Shown: piece after piece, positions 1-13,900 of the stretch | Layout of the letters: every line of letters starts with the position of its first letter | Numbering within the stretch: position 1 is the first letter of the stretch | DNA from: the human T2T-CHM13v2.0 reference genome, Homo sapiens | Strand: one strand, 5' to 3' | Assembly (NCBI RefSeq): GCF_009914755.1 | Contig: NC_060940.1 | Length of the DNA stretch: 64,000 nt | The notes under the pieces: generated by a model | Seen by the model: the letters and a program-made list of their open reading frames with translations, nothing else | What the model was told of the DNA's origin: nothing | Databases searched by the model: none | Translations under genes and position numbers: made by a program

Positions 1-3000
1 CAATGATGATTCTATTTGTGTCCCTTAGATGATTCCACATGATTCCATTAGATGATGATACTATTTGAGCCCATCCAATGATTCCCTTCGATTCCATTCG
101 ATGAGGATTCCATTCGATTCAATTCATTGGTGATTCTATTCAATTCAATTCTTTGATTCCATTCCATTCCATTCGACAATGATTCCATTCGATTTCTTTC
201 GATGATTCCACTCGATTCCACTTGACATTGATTCCATTCGATTCCATTCAATGATTCCATTTGATTCCAGTGGATGATGATTGCCATCGATTCCATTCGA
301 TCACTCCATTCTATTCCATTTGATGATGATTATATTCGATTCCATTTGATGATTCCATCTGATTCTATTCGAGGATTCCATTTGATTCCATTCGATGATG
401 ATTCCATTCGAGTCCATTCGATGATTTCATTCGAGTACATCCAATGATTCCATTCGAGTCCATTAGATGATTCCATTTGATTCCATTTGATAATGATTCT
501 ACTAGAGTCCATTCAATGACTCCATTGGAGTCCATTCAACAATTCCATTCGACTCCATTCGATGATTCCATTCGAGTCCATTTAATCATTACAGTCGAGT
601 CCATTTGGTGATTCCACCGGATTTCTTCTGATAATGATATCATTCAATTACATTTGATGATGATCCCATTCAATTTCATTTGATGATGACTCCATTAGAG
701 TCCATTCGATGATTTCATTCGAGTCCCTTCATTGATTCCATCCGATTTCATTGGATGATGACTCCATTCGAGTCCATTCGATGATTCCACTCGATTCCAT
801 TAGATGATTCCATTGGAGTCCATTTGATTGTTCCATTCGATTCCATTCGATTCCTTTCGAAGATTATTCCATTTGAGTCCATTCGATGATGATTCCATTC
901 CATTCCATTCGATGATTCCGTTTGATTCCATTCGATGATTCCCTTCGATTCCTTTCTTTGATGATTCCATTCCATTCCATTCAATGATTCCATTCGAATC
1001 TATTCCATGATGATTCCTTTCGATTCCATTCGCTGATGTTTCCGTTCAATTCCATTCGGTGATGATTCCATTCGATTCCATTCATTGAGGATTCCATTTG
1101 ATTCCATTCAATGATGATTCCGTTCTATTCCATTCAATGATTGCATTCAATTCTATTCAATGATTATCCCCTTAGAGTAAACTCAACGATTCCATTCAAT
1201 ACCATTCGATGATGATTCCTTTTGAGTCCATTCAATGATTTCATTCAATTCCATTTGATGATTCCTTTCAATTCCATTCTATGATGATTCCATTCGAGTC
1301 CATTCGATGATTCCATTCGATTGCATTCGATGATTCCATTATATTCCAGTCAACGATGATTCCATTCGAGTCCATTCGATGATTCCATTAGAGTACATTT
1401 AATGATTGCTTTGTTTTCAATTCGAAGATGATTACATTGGATTCCATTCTTTGATACCATTCGATTCCATTCAATGATGATTCCACTCAAATCCATTGGA
1501 TGATTCCATTCGTGTCCGTTCGGTGATTTCATTAGATTCCATTCGAGGATGATTCCATTCGATTCCATTCGATGATTCCATTCAATTCCATTCGATGATG
1601 ATTCCATTCCAGTCCATATGATCATTCCATTTGATTTCATTCGATGATGATTCCATTCGATTCCATTCGACGATTCCATTCTATTCCATTCGATGATGAT
1701 TCCATTCGAGTCCATTCGATGATTCCATTCGAGTCCATTTAATGATTCCATTGGGTTCAATTCAATGATGATTACATTGGATTCCGTTCTATGATTCCAT
1801 TCAATTCCGTTCATTGACAATTTGATTCCATTCGATGATGATTCCATTTGAGTTCATTCGATGATTCTATTCGATTCTCTTCGATGGTGATTCAATTCTA
1901 TTATATTGGATGATTCCATTCGATTCCATTTGATGTTGATTCAATTCGATTCTATTCGATGATGATTCCATTGGATTTCACTTGATGATTCTATTCGATT
2001 CCATTCAATGATGATTCACTTCTCGTCCATTGGATGATTCCATTTCATTCCATTCGATGATGATTCCATTCGATTCCATTCGATGATTCCATTTGATTCC
2101 ATGCGTCGGTGAGCAATTCGATTCAATTCCATGATGATTCTATCTGATTCAATTAGATGATGTTTCCATTCGAATCCATTCCATGATTATTCCATTGGAA
2201 TCCATTCGGCGATGATTCCATATGAGTCAATTCAATGATGATTCCATATGGGTCCGTTCGATGATAATTCCATTTGATTTCATTCGGTGCTTCTATTCAA
2301 TTCCAGTCGATGATGATTCCGTTGGAGTCCATACGATGATTCCATTTGATTTCATTTGATGATGATTCCATTCGATGATGATTACATTGGATTCCATTCT
2401 ATGATTCCATTCAATTCCATTCGTTGATGATTCGATTCCATTCAATGATGATTCCATTTGAGTTCATTCGATGATTCTATTCGATTCCGTTCGATGGTGA
2501 TTCAATTCTCTTATATTGGATGAATCCACTCGATTCCATTTGATGATTATTCCATTGGAGTCCACTTAGTGAATCCTTCAGATTCTACTCGAAGATGATT
2601 CCATTCAAGTCCATTCGATGATACCATTCAATTCCATTCGTTGATGCTTCCATTCAAGTGCATTCGATGATATCATTCGATTCCATTTGATGATAATTCC
2701 ATTTGATTCCATGCGATGATTCTATTCGATTCCATTCAATGATAATTCCATTCAGTTCAGTGATTCCTCTGGACTCCATTTGATGATGATTCCATTCAAT
2801 GATTCCATTCGATTCTATTCGAAAATGATTCCATTTGAATCCATTTGATAATGATTCCATTAGATTCCATTTGATGATTCCATTCGATTCCATTCGACGA
2901 TGATTCCATTCGATTCCATTTGATGATTCCATTCTATTCTATTCGATGATGTTTCCATTCGATTCCATTCGATGATGATTGGATTCGATTCCATTTGATG

Positions 3001-6000
3001 ATTTCATTTGATTCCATTCGTTAATGATTTCGATCAATTCCATTCGATGATTCCATTCGATTCCATTCGATAATGATTACATCCGTGTCCATTCAATGAT
3101 TCCATTGGAGCCTGTTCGATAATTCCATTTGAGTCCAACCAATGATTCCATTCATTTCCATTCAATGATTCCATTCGAGTCCATTTGATCATTCCGGTAG
3201 GGTCCATTCGATGTTGATTCCATTGGAGTGCATTCGATGATTCCATTCGAGTCCATTTTATGATTTGATTCGAGTCCTTTCGATGATTCCATTCGATTCC
3301 AGTCGATGATGATTTCATTCGAGTCCATTCGACACTTCCAATCGATTCCATTTGATGTTTCCATTCGAGTCCAATTGATGATTCCATTCAATTCCATTCG
3401 ATGATGATTCCGTACGATTCCATTCTGTGATGATTCCATGTGATTGCATTCAATGATGATTCCTTTAGATTGCATTCGATTGTGATTCATTTCGTCTTCA
3501 TTCTATGGTTCCACAGGTTTCCATTCGTGTCCATTCCATTATTCCATTCTATTCCATTTGATGATGATTCCATTCGATTCCATTCATTGGTGATTCCACT
3601 CAATTCCATTCAATGATTCCATTCCATTTCTTTCAACAATGATTCCATTAGTTTCTAATCGATGATCCACTTGATTCCATTTGACGACGATTCCATTCTT
3701 GTCCATTCGATGATTCCATTTGATTCCATATGATGATGATTCCATTCGATTCCATACCATGATGATTCCATTCGAGTCCATTCAATGGTGATTCCATTCA
3801 ATTCCATTCGATGATTCCTTTTGATTCCATTCGATGATGATGGCATTCGATTCCTTTCAATCATTCCCTTTGATTCCATTCAAAGGTGATTTCATTCAAG
3901 TCCATTCGATAATTGCATTCGATTCCATTCTATGATGATTCCATTCGAGTCCATTTGATGATTCCATTCAATTCAAGTCAATGATGATTCCATTCGATTC
4001 CATTCGATGATTCCATTGGATTCCATTCGATGATGATTCCATTCAAATCCATTCGATAATTCAATTCAAGTCCATTCGATGATGATTAAAATCGAATCCA
4101 TTCAAAGATTCCATTCAGTTCCATTCGATGATTCCCTTAGATTCCATTCGATGATTCCACTTGATTTCATTTACGATGATTCCATTCGATTCCATGTGAT
4201 GATTCCATTCAATTCTATTCAATGCTGTTTCCATTTGATTCCGTTCGACCATGATTGCCTTTGATTCCATTCAATGACTCCATTCGGTTCCTTTTGATGA
4301 TGATTCCGTTCGATTCCATTTCATTATTCCATTTGATTCCATTGGATGAGTCCATTCGATTACATTCGATGATTATTCCATTCGAGTGCATTAGATGATT
4401 CCATTCGAGTCCATTCGATGATTCCATTCGATTCCATTCGATGTTGATTCTGTTCAAATCCATTCGATGATTCCACTCGATTCCATTCGATGACTCCAGT
4501 TGATCCCATTCGATGATTTCCTTTGATTCCCTTTGATGATCATTCCATTTGATTCAATTCGGTGATTTCATTTGATTCCATTCAGTGATGTTTCCATTCG
4601 ACTCCATTCGATGATGATTCCATTCGACTCCATTCGATTATGATTTCATTCAATTCCATTCGATAATGATTCCCTTCGAGTCCATTCGATGATTCCATTC
4701 GATTCCATTCAACGATGATTTGATTCGTGTCCATTCGATGATTCCATTTGATTCCACTTGATGATGATTCCATTCGAGTCCATTTGATGATTCCATTCAA
4801 TTCCATTCTGTGATGATTTCTTTTGAGCCCATTCAATGCTTCCACTCGATTCCATATGATGATGACTCCATTCGATGAAATTCGATGATCATTCCATTCG
4901 CTTGCATTCGATGATGATTCCACTTGAGTCCATTAGAAGATTCTATTCAATTACATTCCATGACGATTCCGTTCGAGTCCATTTGATGATTCCATTAGAC
5001 TCCATTCGACGATGATTCCATTCGATGTTATTCGATGATTCCATTCGATCTCATTCGATGATGATTCCATTCAACTCCATTCGATGTTTCCATTCGAGTT
5101 CATTCTATTATTCCATTAGATTCCATTCGATGATGATTCCATTCGATTCCATTTGATGATTGCATTCTATTTCATTTGATGATGATTCCATTCGAGTCCA
5201 CTCGATGATTCCATTCGAGTCCATTTAATGAATCCATTGGTTTCAATTCTATGATGATTACATTGGATTACATTCGTTGATGATTTCATTCGGTTCCATT
5301 CAATGATGATTCCATTCAATTCCTTTCAATGTTTCCATTCAATTCCATACGATGATGATTCCATTTGATTTGATTCGACAGTGAGCCATTCGATTCAATT
5401 CCATGATGATTCTATTTGATTCAATTGGTTGACATTTCCATTCGATTCCATTCGATGATGATTCCCTTTGATTCCATTCAAAGATGATTCCATTCTAGCC
5501 CATTCAATCATTCCATTCGATTCTATTCAATGATGATTCCATTCATGTCGATTTGGTGATTCCATTTGACTTCATTTGATGATGATTCCTTTCAAGTTCA
5601 TTAGATGATTCCATTCGATTCCATTTGATGATGATCCCATTCGAGTCCATTCAGTGATTCCACTCGTTTCCATTCCATGATGATTCCATTCCATTCCATT
5701 CAATGATTCCATTCGATTCCGTTTGATGATGATTTCATTCGAGTCCATTTGATGATTCCATTTGATTCCATTCGATGATGATTCCATTCGAGTCCATTCG
5801 ATGATTCTATTCGAATCCATTTGATGATTTCTTTTGATTATAGTTGGTGATGATTCCATTGGAGTCCATTCAATGATTCCATTTGATTCCAATCGATGGT
5901 GATTCCATTAGAGTCCATTTAATGATTCCATTTGATTCCAGTCTCTGATGATTACATTCGAGTCCATACGATGATTCCACTCAATTCCATATGATGATGA

Positions 6001-6089
6001 TTCCATTCGATTCCATTCGATGATTCCATTCTATTCTATTCAATGGTGATTCCATTCGAGTACATTAGATGATTCCATTCGATTCCATT
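1..6089 (+). repeat. 6.1-kb HSat2 higher-order unit, copy 1 (6,089 bp = 6,112 - 23)
   Basis: Marker TGTGTCCCTTAGA and pseudo-ORF 48..296 recur at 6137 (offset 6089). Downstream markers recur at offset 6112 (748/6860, 2654/8766, 3152/9264). One 23-bp monomer is missing near 560. The unit phase is set arbitrarily to the window start. Confidence 0.92.
2145..2155 (-). promoter_or_regulatory. DUX4-type double-homeodomain motif TAATTGAATCA (representative copy; also ~8257, 17125, 28954, 40779, 46095, 51959, 58068)
   Basis: Seen: TGATTCAATTA on + reads TAATTGAATCA on -. Established: it fits the DUX4 consensus TAAYBBAATCA, and DUX4 is known to bind and activate HSATII. Binding at these particular copies is not shown. 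Confidence 0.4.
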
Positions 6090-9000
6090 CAATGATGATT
6101 CTATTTGTGTCCCTTAGATGATTCCACATGATTCCATTAGATGATGATACTATTTGAGCCCATCCAATGATTCCCTTCGATTCCATTCGATGAGGATTCC
6201 ATTCGATTCAATTCATTGGTGATTCTATTCAATTCAATTCTTTGATTCCATTCCATTCCATTCGACAATGATTCCATTCGATTTCTTTCGATGATTCCAC
6301 TCGATTCCACTTGACATTGATTCCCTTCGATTCCATTCAATGATTCCATTTGATTCCAGTGGATGATGATTGCCATCGATTCCATTCGATCACTCCATTC
6401 TATTCCATTTGATGATGATTACATTCGATTCCATTTGACGATTCCATCTGATTCTATTCGAGGATTCCATTTGATTCCATTCGATGATGATTCCATTCGA
6501 GTCCATTCGATGATTTCATTCGAGTACATCCAATGATTCCATTCGAGTCCATTTGATGATTCCATTTGATTCCATTTGATAATGATTCTACTAGAGTCCA
6601 TTCAATGACTCCATTGGAGTCCATTCAACAATTCCATTCGACTCCATTTGATGATTCCATTCGATTCCATTTGATGATTCCATTCGAGTCCATTTAATCA
6701 TTACAGTCGAGTACATTTGGTGATTCCACCGGATTTCTTTTGATAATGATACCATTCAATTACATTTGATGATGATCCCATTCAATTTCATTTGATGATG
6801 ATTCCATTAGAGTCCATTCGATGATTTCATTCGAGTCCCTTCACTGATTCCATCCGATTTCATTGGATGATGACTCCATTCGAGTCCATTCGATGATTCC
6901 ACTCGATTGCATTAGATGATTCCATTGGAGTCCATTTGATTGTTCCATTCGATTCCATTCGATTCCTTTCGAAGATTATTCCATTTGAGTCCATTCGATG
7001 ATGATTCCATTCCATTCCATTCGATGATTCCGTTTGATTCCATTCGATGATTCCCTTCGATTCCTTTCTTTGATGATTCCATTCCATTCCATTCAATGAT
7101 TCCATTCGAATCTATTCCATGATGATTCCTTTCGATTCCATTCGCTGATGTTTCCGTTCAATTCCATTCGATGATGATTCCATTCGATTCCATTCATTGA
7201 GGATTCCATTTGATTCCATTCAATGATGATTCCGTTCTATTCCATTCAATGATTGCATTCAATTCCATTCAATGATTATCCCCTTAGAGTAAACTCAACG
7301 ATTCTATTCAATACCATTCGATGATGATTCCTTTTGAGTCCATTCAATGATTTCATTCAAGTCCATTTGATGATTCCTTTCAATTCCATTCTATGATGAT
7401 TCCATTCGAGTCCATTCGATGATTCCATTCGATTGCATTCGATTATTCCATTATATTCCAGTCAATGATGATTCCATTCGAGTCCATTCGATGATTCCTT
7501 TAGAGTACATTTAATGATTGCTTTGTTTTCAATTCGAAGATGATTACATTGGATTCCATTCTATGATACCATTCGATTCCATTCAATGATGATTCCACTC
7601 AAATCCATTGGATGATTCCATTCGTGTCCATTCGGTGATTTCATTAGATTCCATTCGAGGATGATTCCATTCGATTCCATTCGATGATTCCATTCAATTC
7701 CATTCGATGAAGATTCCATTCCAGTCCATATGATCATTCCATTTGATTTCATTCGATGATGATTCCATTCGATTCCATTCGATGATTCCATTCTATTCCA
7801 TTCGATGATGATTCCATTGGAGTCCATTCGATGATTGCATTCGAGTCCATTTAATGATTCCATTGGGTTCAATTCAATGATGATTACATTGGATTCCGTT
7901 CTATGATTCCATTCAATTACGTTCATTGACAATTTGATTCCATTCGATGATGATTCCGTTTGAGTTCATTCGATGATTCTATTCGATTCTCTTCGATGGT
8001 GATTCAATTCTATTATATTGGATGATTCCATTCGATTCCATTTGATGTTGATTCATTTCGATTCTATTCGATGATGATTCCTTTGGATTTCACTTGATGA
8101 TTCTATTCGATTCCATTCAATGAAGATTCACTTCTCGTCCATTGGATGATTCCATTTCATTCCATTCGATGATGATTCCATTCGATTCCATTCGATGATT
8201 CCATTTGATTCCATGCGACGGTGAGCAACTCGATTCAATTCCATGATGATTCTAATTGATTCAATTAGATGATGTTTCCATTCGAATCCATTCCATGATT
8301 ATTCCATTGGAATCCATTTGGTGATGATTCCATATGAGTCAATTCAATGATGATTCCATATGGGTCCGTTCGATGATAATTCCATTTGATTTCATTCGAT
8401 GCTTCTATTCTATTCCAGTCGATGATGATTCCGTTGGAGTCCATACGATGATTCCATTTGATTTCATTTGATGATGATTCCATTCGATGATGATTACATT
8501 GGATTCCATTCTATGATTCCATTCAATTCCATTCGTTGATGATTCGATTCCATTCAATGATGATTCCATTTGAGTTCATTCGATGATTCTATTCGATTCC
8601 GTTCGATGGTGATTCAATTCTCTTATATTGGATGATTCCACTCGATTCCATTTGATGATTATTCCATTGGAGTCCACTTAGTGAATCCTTTAGATTCTAC
8701 TCGAAGATGATTCCATTCGAGTCCATTCAATGATACCATTCAATTTCATTCGTTGATGCTTCCATTCAAGTGCATTCGATGATATCATTCGATTCCATTT
8801 GATGATAATTCCATTTGATTCCATGCGATGATTCTATTCGATTCCATTCAATGATAATTCCATTCAATTCAGTGATTCCTCTGAACTCCATTTGATCATG
8901 ATTCCATTCAATGATTCCATTCGATTCTATTCCAAAATGATTCCATTTGATTCCATTTGATGATGATTCCATTAGATTCCATTTGATGATTCCATTCGAT

Positions 9001-10910
9001 TCCATTTGACGATGATTCCATTCGATTCCATTTGATGATTCCATTCTATTCTATTCGATGATGATTCCATTCGATTCCATTTGATGATGATTGGATTCGA
9101 TTCCATTTGATGATTTCATTTGATTCCATTCGTTAATGATTTCGATCAACTCCATTCGATGATTCCATTTGATTCCATTCGATAATGATTACATCCGAGT
9201 CCATTCGATGATTCCATTTGAGCCCGTTCGATAATTCCATTTGAGTCCAATCAATGATTCCATTCATTTCCATTCAATGATTCCATTCGAGTCCATTTGA
9301 TCATTCTGGTAGGGTCCGTTCGATGTTGATTCCATTGGAGTGCATTCGATGATTCCATTCGAGTCCATTTTATGATTTGATTCGAGTCCTTTCGATGATT
9401 CCATTCGATTCCACTCGATGATGATTTCATTCGAGTCCATTCGACACTTCCAATCGATTCCATTTGATGTTTCCATTCGAGTCCAATTGATGATTCCATT
9501 CAATTCCATTCGATGATGATTCCGTACGATTCCATTCTGTGATGATTCCATGTGATTGCATTCAATGATGATTCCTTTCGATTGCATTCGATTATGATTC
9601 ATTTCGTGTTCATTCTATGGTTCCACAGGTTTCCATTCGATGACGTTTCCGTTCGTGTCCATTCCATTATTCCATTCTATTTCATTTGATGATGATTCCA
9701 TTCGATTCCATTCATTGGTGATTCCACTCAATTCCATTCAATGATTCCATTCCATTTCTTTCAACAATGATTCCATTAGTTTCTATTCGATGATCCACTT
9801 GATTCCATTTGGCGATGATTCCATTCGTGTCCATTCGATGATTCCATTTGATTCCATATGATGATGATTCCATTCGATTCCATACCATGATGATTCCATT
9901 CGAGTCCATTCAATGGTGATTCCATTCAATTCCATTCGATGATTCCTTTTGATTCCATTCGATGATGATGGCATTCGATTCCTTTCAATCATTCCCTTTG
10001 ATTCCATTCAAAGGTGATTTCATTCAAGTCCATTCGATAATTGCATTCGATTCCATTCTATAATGATTCCATTCGAGTCCATTTGATGATTCCATTCAAT
10101 TCAAGTCAATGATGATTCCATTCGATTCCACTCGATGATTCCATTGGATTCCATTCGATGATGATTCCATTCAAATCCATTCGATAATTCAATTCAAGTC
10201 CATTCGATGATGATTCCAATCGAATCCATTCAAAGATTCCATTCAATTCCATTCGATGATGATTCCCTTAGATTCCATTCGATGATTCCACTTGATTCCA
10301 TTTACGATGATTCCATTCTATTCCATGTGATGAATCCATTCAATTCTATTCAATGATGTTTCCATTTGATTCCATTGGACCATGATTGCCTTTGATTCCA
10401 TTCAATGATTCCATTCGGTTCCATTTGATGATGATTCCGTTCGATTCCATTTCATTATTCCATTTGATTCCATTGGATGAGTCCATTCGATTACATTCGA
10501 TGATTATTCCATTCGAGTGCATTAGATGATTGCATTCGAGTCCATTCGATGATTCCATTCGATTCCATTCGATGTTGATTCTGTTCAAATCCATTCGATG
10601 ATTCCACTCGATTCCATTCGATGACTCCATTTGATCCCATTCGATGATTTCCTGTGATTCCCTTTGATGATCATTCTATTTGATTCAATTCGGTGATTTC
10701 ATTTCATTCCATTCAGTGATGTTTCCATTCGACTGTATTCGATGATGATTCCATTCGACTCCATTCGATTATGATTTCATTCAATTCCATTCAATAATGA
10801 TTCCCTTCGAGTCCATTCGATGATTCCATTCGATTCCATTCAACGATGATTTGATTCGTTTCCATTCGATGATTCCATTTGATTCCACTTGATGATGATT
10901 CCATTCGAGT
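6090..10910 (+). repeat. 6.1-kb unit, copy 2, truncated at about unit position 4780
   Basis: Collinear with copy 1 (offset 6112, then 6128 after a 16-bp insertion at ~9640, then 6131) until ...CCATTCGAGT|CTATTTATATATTATATTCGTG at ~10911, where sequence absent from the 6.1-kb unit begins. Confidence 0.88.
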
Positions 10911-13900
10911 CTATTTATATATTATATTCGTGTCCACTTCATGATTCCATTCAATTCCATTTAATGTTGATTCCATTTGATTCCATTTGATGATTCAGTT
11001 CGATTCCTTGCAATGATTCCCTACGATTCCTTTCTATGATGATTCCATTCGATTCCATTCATTTATGATTTCATTCGACTCCATTCGATGATGATTCCTT
11101 TCGATTCCATTTGACGATGTTTCCATTCGAGTCCATTCGATGATGATTCTATTCAATTCTGTTCTATTATGATTCCATTCGATTTCATTCAATGCTTCTA
11201 TTTGATTCCATTCGATGATGATTCCATCTCTTTCCCTTCGATGATTCCATTTGATTCCATTCAGTGATGATTCCATTTGATTCCATCTGATGATGATTTC
11301 ACTTGATTCCTTTCAATGATGATTCAATTCAAGTCCATTCGATGATTCCATTGGAGTCCAAACGATCATTCCGTTCGATTCCATTCAATGGTGATTCCAT
11401 TCATGTCCATTCGATGAATCCATTCAATTCCATTCGATGATGACTCCATTCGAGTACATTCGATGATTCCATTTGATTCCATTTGAAGATGATTCCATTC
11501 AATTCCATTCGAAGATGATTCCATTCAATTCCATTCGATGATGATTCCGTATGAATCCATTCTCTGATTATTCCATTTGATTCCATTCATTGACGATTCC
11601 ATTCAATTCCATTCAATGATGATTCTCTTCTATTCCATTCGATGATTCCGGTCGATTCCATTCGATGATGATTCCATTAGATTCCATTCGATTGTTGCAT
11701 TCGATTCCCTTCGATGATGATTCCTTTGAATTCCATTCGATTATCATTCCGTATGAATCCATTTGATGATTATTCCATTGGATTCCTTTCGATGATGATT
11801 CCATTCGATTCCATTTGATGATGTTTCTCTTGTATTCCATTGGATAATTCCTTTCAGTTCCCTTCGATGATTATTCTTTCGAGTCAATTCGATGATTCTA
11901 TTCCATTCCCTTCGATGATGATTCCATTTCACTCCATTGGATGATTCCATTCGACTCAATTTGGTGATGATTCAATTCGATGACATTCGATGACTCCATT
12001 CAATTTCATTTGATGATGATTACATTCGAGTCCATTTGATGATTGTATTCCTTTCCTTTTGATGATTATTCCATTCGTGTCTATTCAAAGGTTCCATTCT
12101 ATTCCATTCAATGATGATTGCATTTGATTCCATTCAATGATTATGGCTATCGATTCCACTCGTTGATTCCATTTGATTCCGTTCGATGATTATTCCGTTA
12201 GATTCCATTAGAAGATTCCATTCGATTTTATTCAATGATTCCAATGGATTCCATTCAATGATGATTCCATTCGACTCCATTCAGTGATTCCATTCGAGTC
12301 CATTTGATGATTCCATTCTTTTCCATTTGATGATGATTCCATTAGGGTCCATTCAATGATTCCATTCGAGTCCATTCGTTAATGCCTTTCGAGTCCTTTT
12401 GATCACTACATTCGAGTCCATTCAATGATTCTATTCGATTTCATTCCATGATGATTCCATTCGAGTTCATTCGATGATTGCATTCGAGTCCATTTGATGA
12501 TTCCATATGATTCCATTCGTGTCCATTTGATGATTCCATTCATTTCCTATCGATGAAGATTCCATTCAAGTGTATTCGATGATTCCATTCAAATCCATTC
12601 GATGATGATTCCATTCCAGTCCATTCGATCATTCCACTTGATTCCATTTGATGACTATTCCATTCAAATCCATTTGATGATTCCATTCGATTCCATTCGA
12701 TGTTACCATTCGAGTATATACGATGATTCCACTCGATTCCATTTGATGATTATTCCATTGGAGTCCACTTAGTGAATCCTTTAGATTCTACTCGAAGATG
12801 ATTCCATTCGAGTCCATTCGATGATACCATTCAATTCCATTCGTTGATGCTTCCATTCAAGTGCATTCGATGATATCATTCGATTCCATTTGATGATAAT
12901 TCCATTTGATTCCATGCGATGATTCTATTCGATTCCATTCAATGATAATTCCATTCAATTCAGTGATTCCTCTGGACTCCATTTGATGATGATTCCATTC
13001 AATGATTCCATTCGATTCTATTCGAAAATGATTCCATTTGAATCCATTTGATGATGATTCCATTGGATTCCATTTGATGATTCCATTCGATTCCATTCGA
13101 TGATGATTCCATTCGATTCCATTTGATGATTCCATTCTATTGCATTCGATGATGATTCCATTCGATTCCATTCGATGATGATTGGATTCGATTCCATTTG
13201 ATTCCATTCGATAATGATTTCGATCAATTCCATTCGATGATTCCATTCGATTCCATTCGATAATGATTACATCCGAGTCCATTCGATGATTCCATTTGAG
13301 CCCGTTCGATAATTCCATTTGAGTCCAATCAATGATTCCATTCATTTCCATTCAATGATTCCATTCGAGTCCATTTGATCATTCCGGTAGGGTCCGTTCG
13401 ATGTTGATTCCATTGGAGTGCATTCGATGATTCCATTCGAGTCCATTTTAGGATTTGATTCGAGTCCTTTCGATGATTCCATTCGATTCCACTCGATGAT
13501 TTCATTCGAGTCCATTCGACACATCTAATCGATTCCATTTGATGTTTCCATTCGATTCCAATTGATGATTCCATTCAATTCCATTCGATGATGATTCCGT
13601 ACGATTCCATTCTGTGATGATTCCATGTGATTGCATTCAATGATGATTCCTTTCGATTGCATTCGATTATGATTCATTTCGTGTTCATTCTATGGTTCCA
13701 CAGGTTTCCATTCGATGATGTTTCCATTCGTTTCCATTCCATTATTAGATTCTATTCCATTTGAAGATGATTCCATTCGATTCCATTCATTGGTGATTCC
13801 ACTCATTTCCATTCAATGATTCCATTCCATTTCTTTCAACAATGATTCCATTAGTTTCTATTCGATGATCCACTTGATTCCATTTGACGATGATTCCATT

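Noticed and set aside
4079-4264. The only plus-strand ORF family (4079, 53890, 59953; 61 aa)
   Set aside because: It arises from a single TGA->TGC variant (ATGCTGTTTCC) in one sub-lineage. It is a satellite translation, not a gene.
10912-10928. TATA-like AT-rich run TATTTATATATTATATT at the left junction
   Set aside because: It differs by only two substitutions from CATTTATGTATTATATT in the homologous copies (17771, 29600, 41425), and there is no other promoter evidence.
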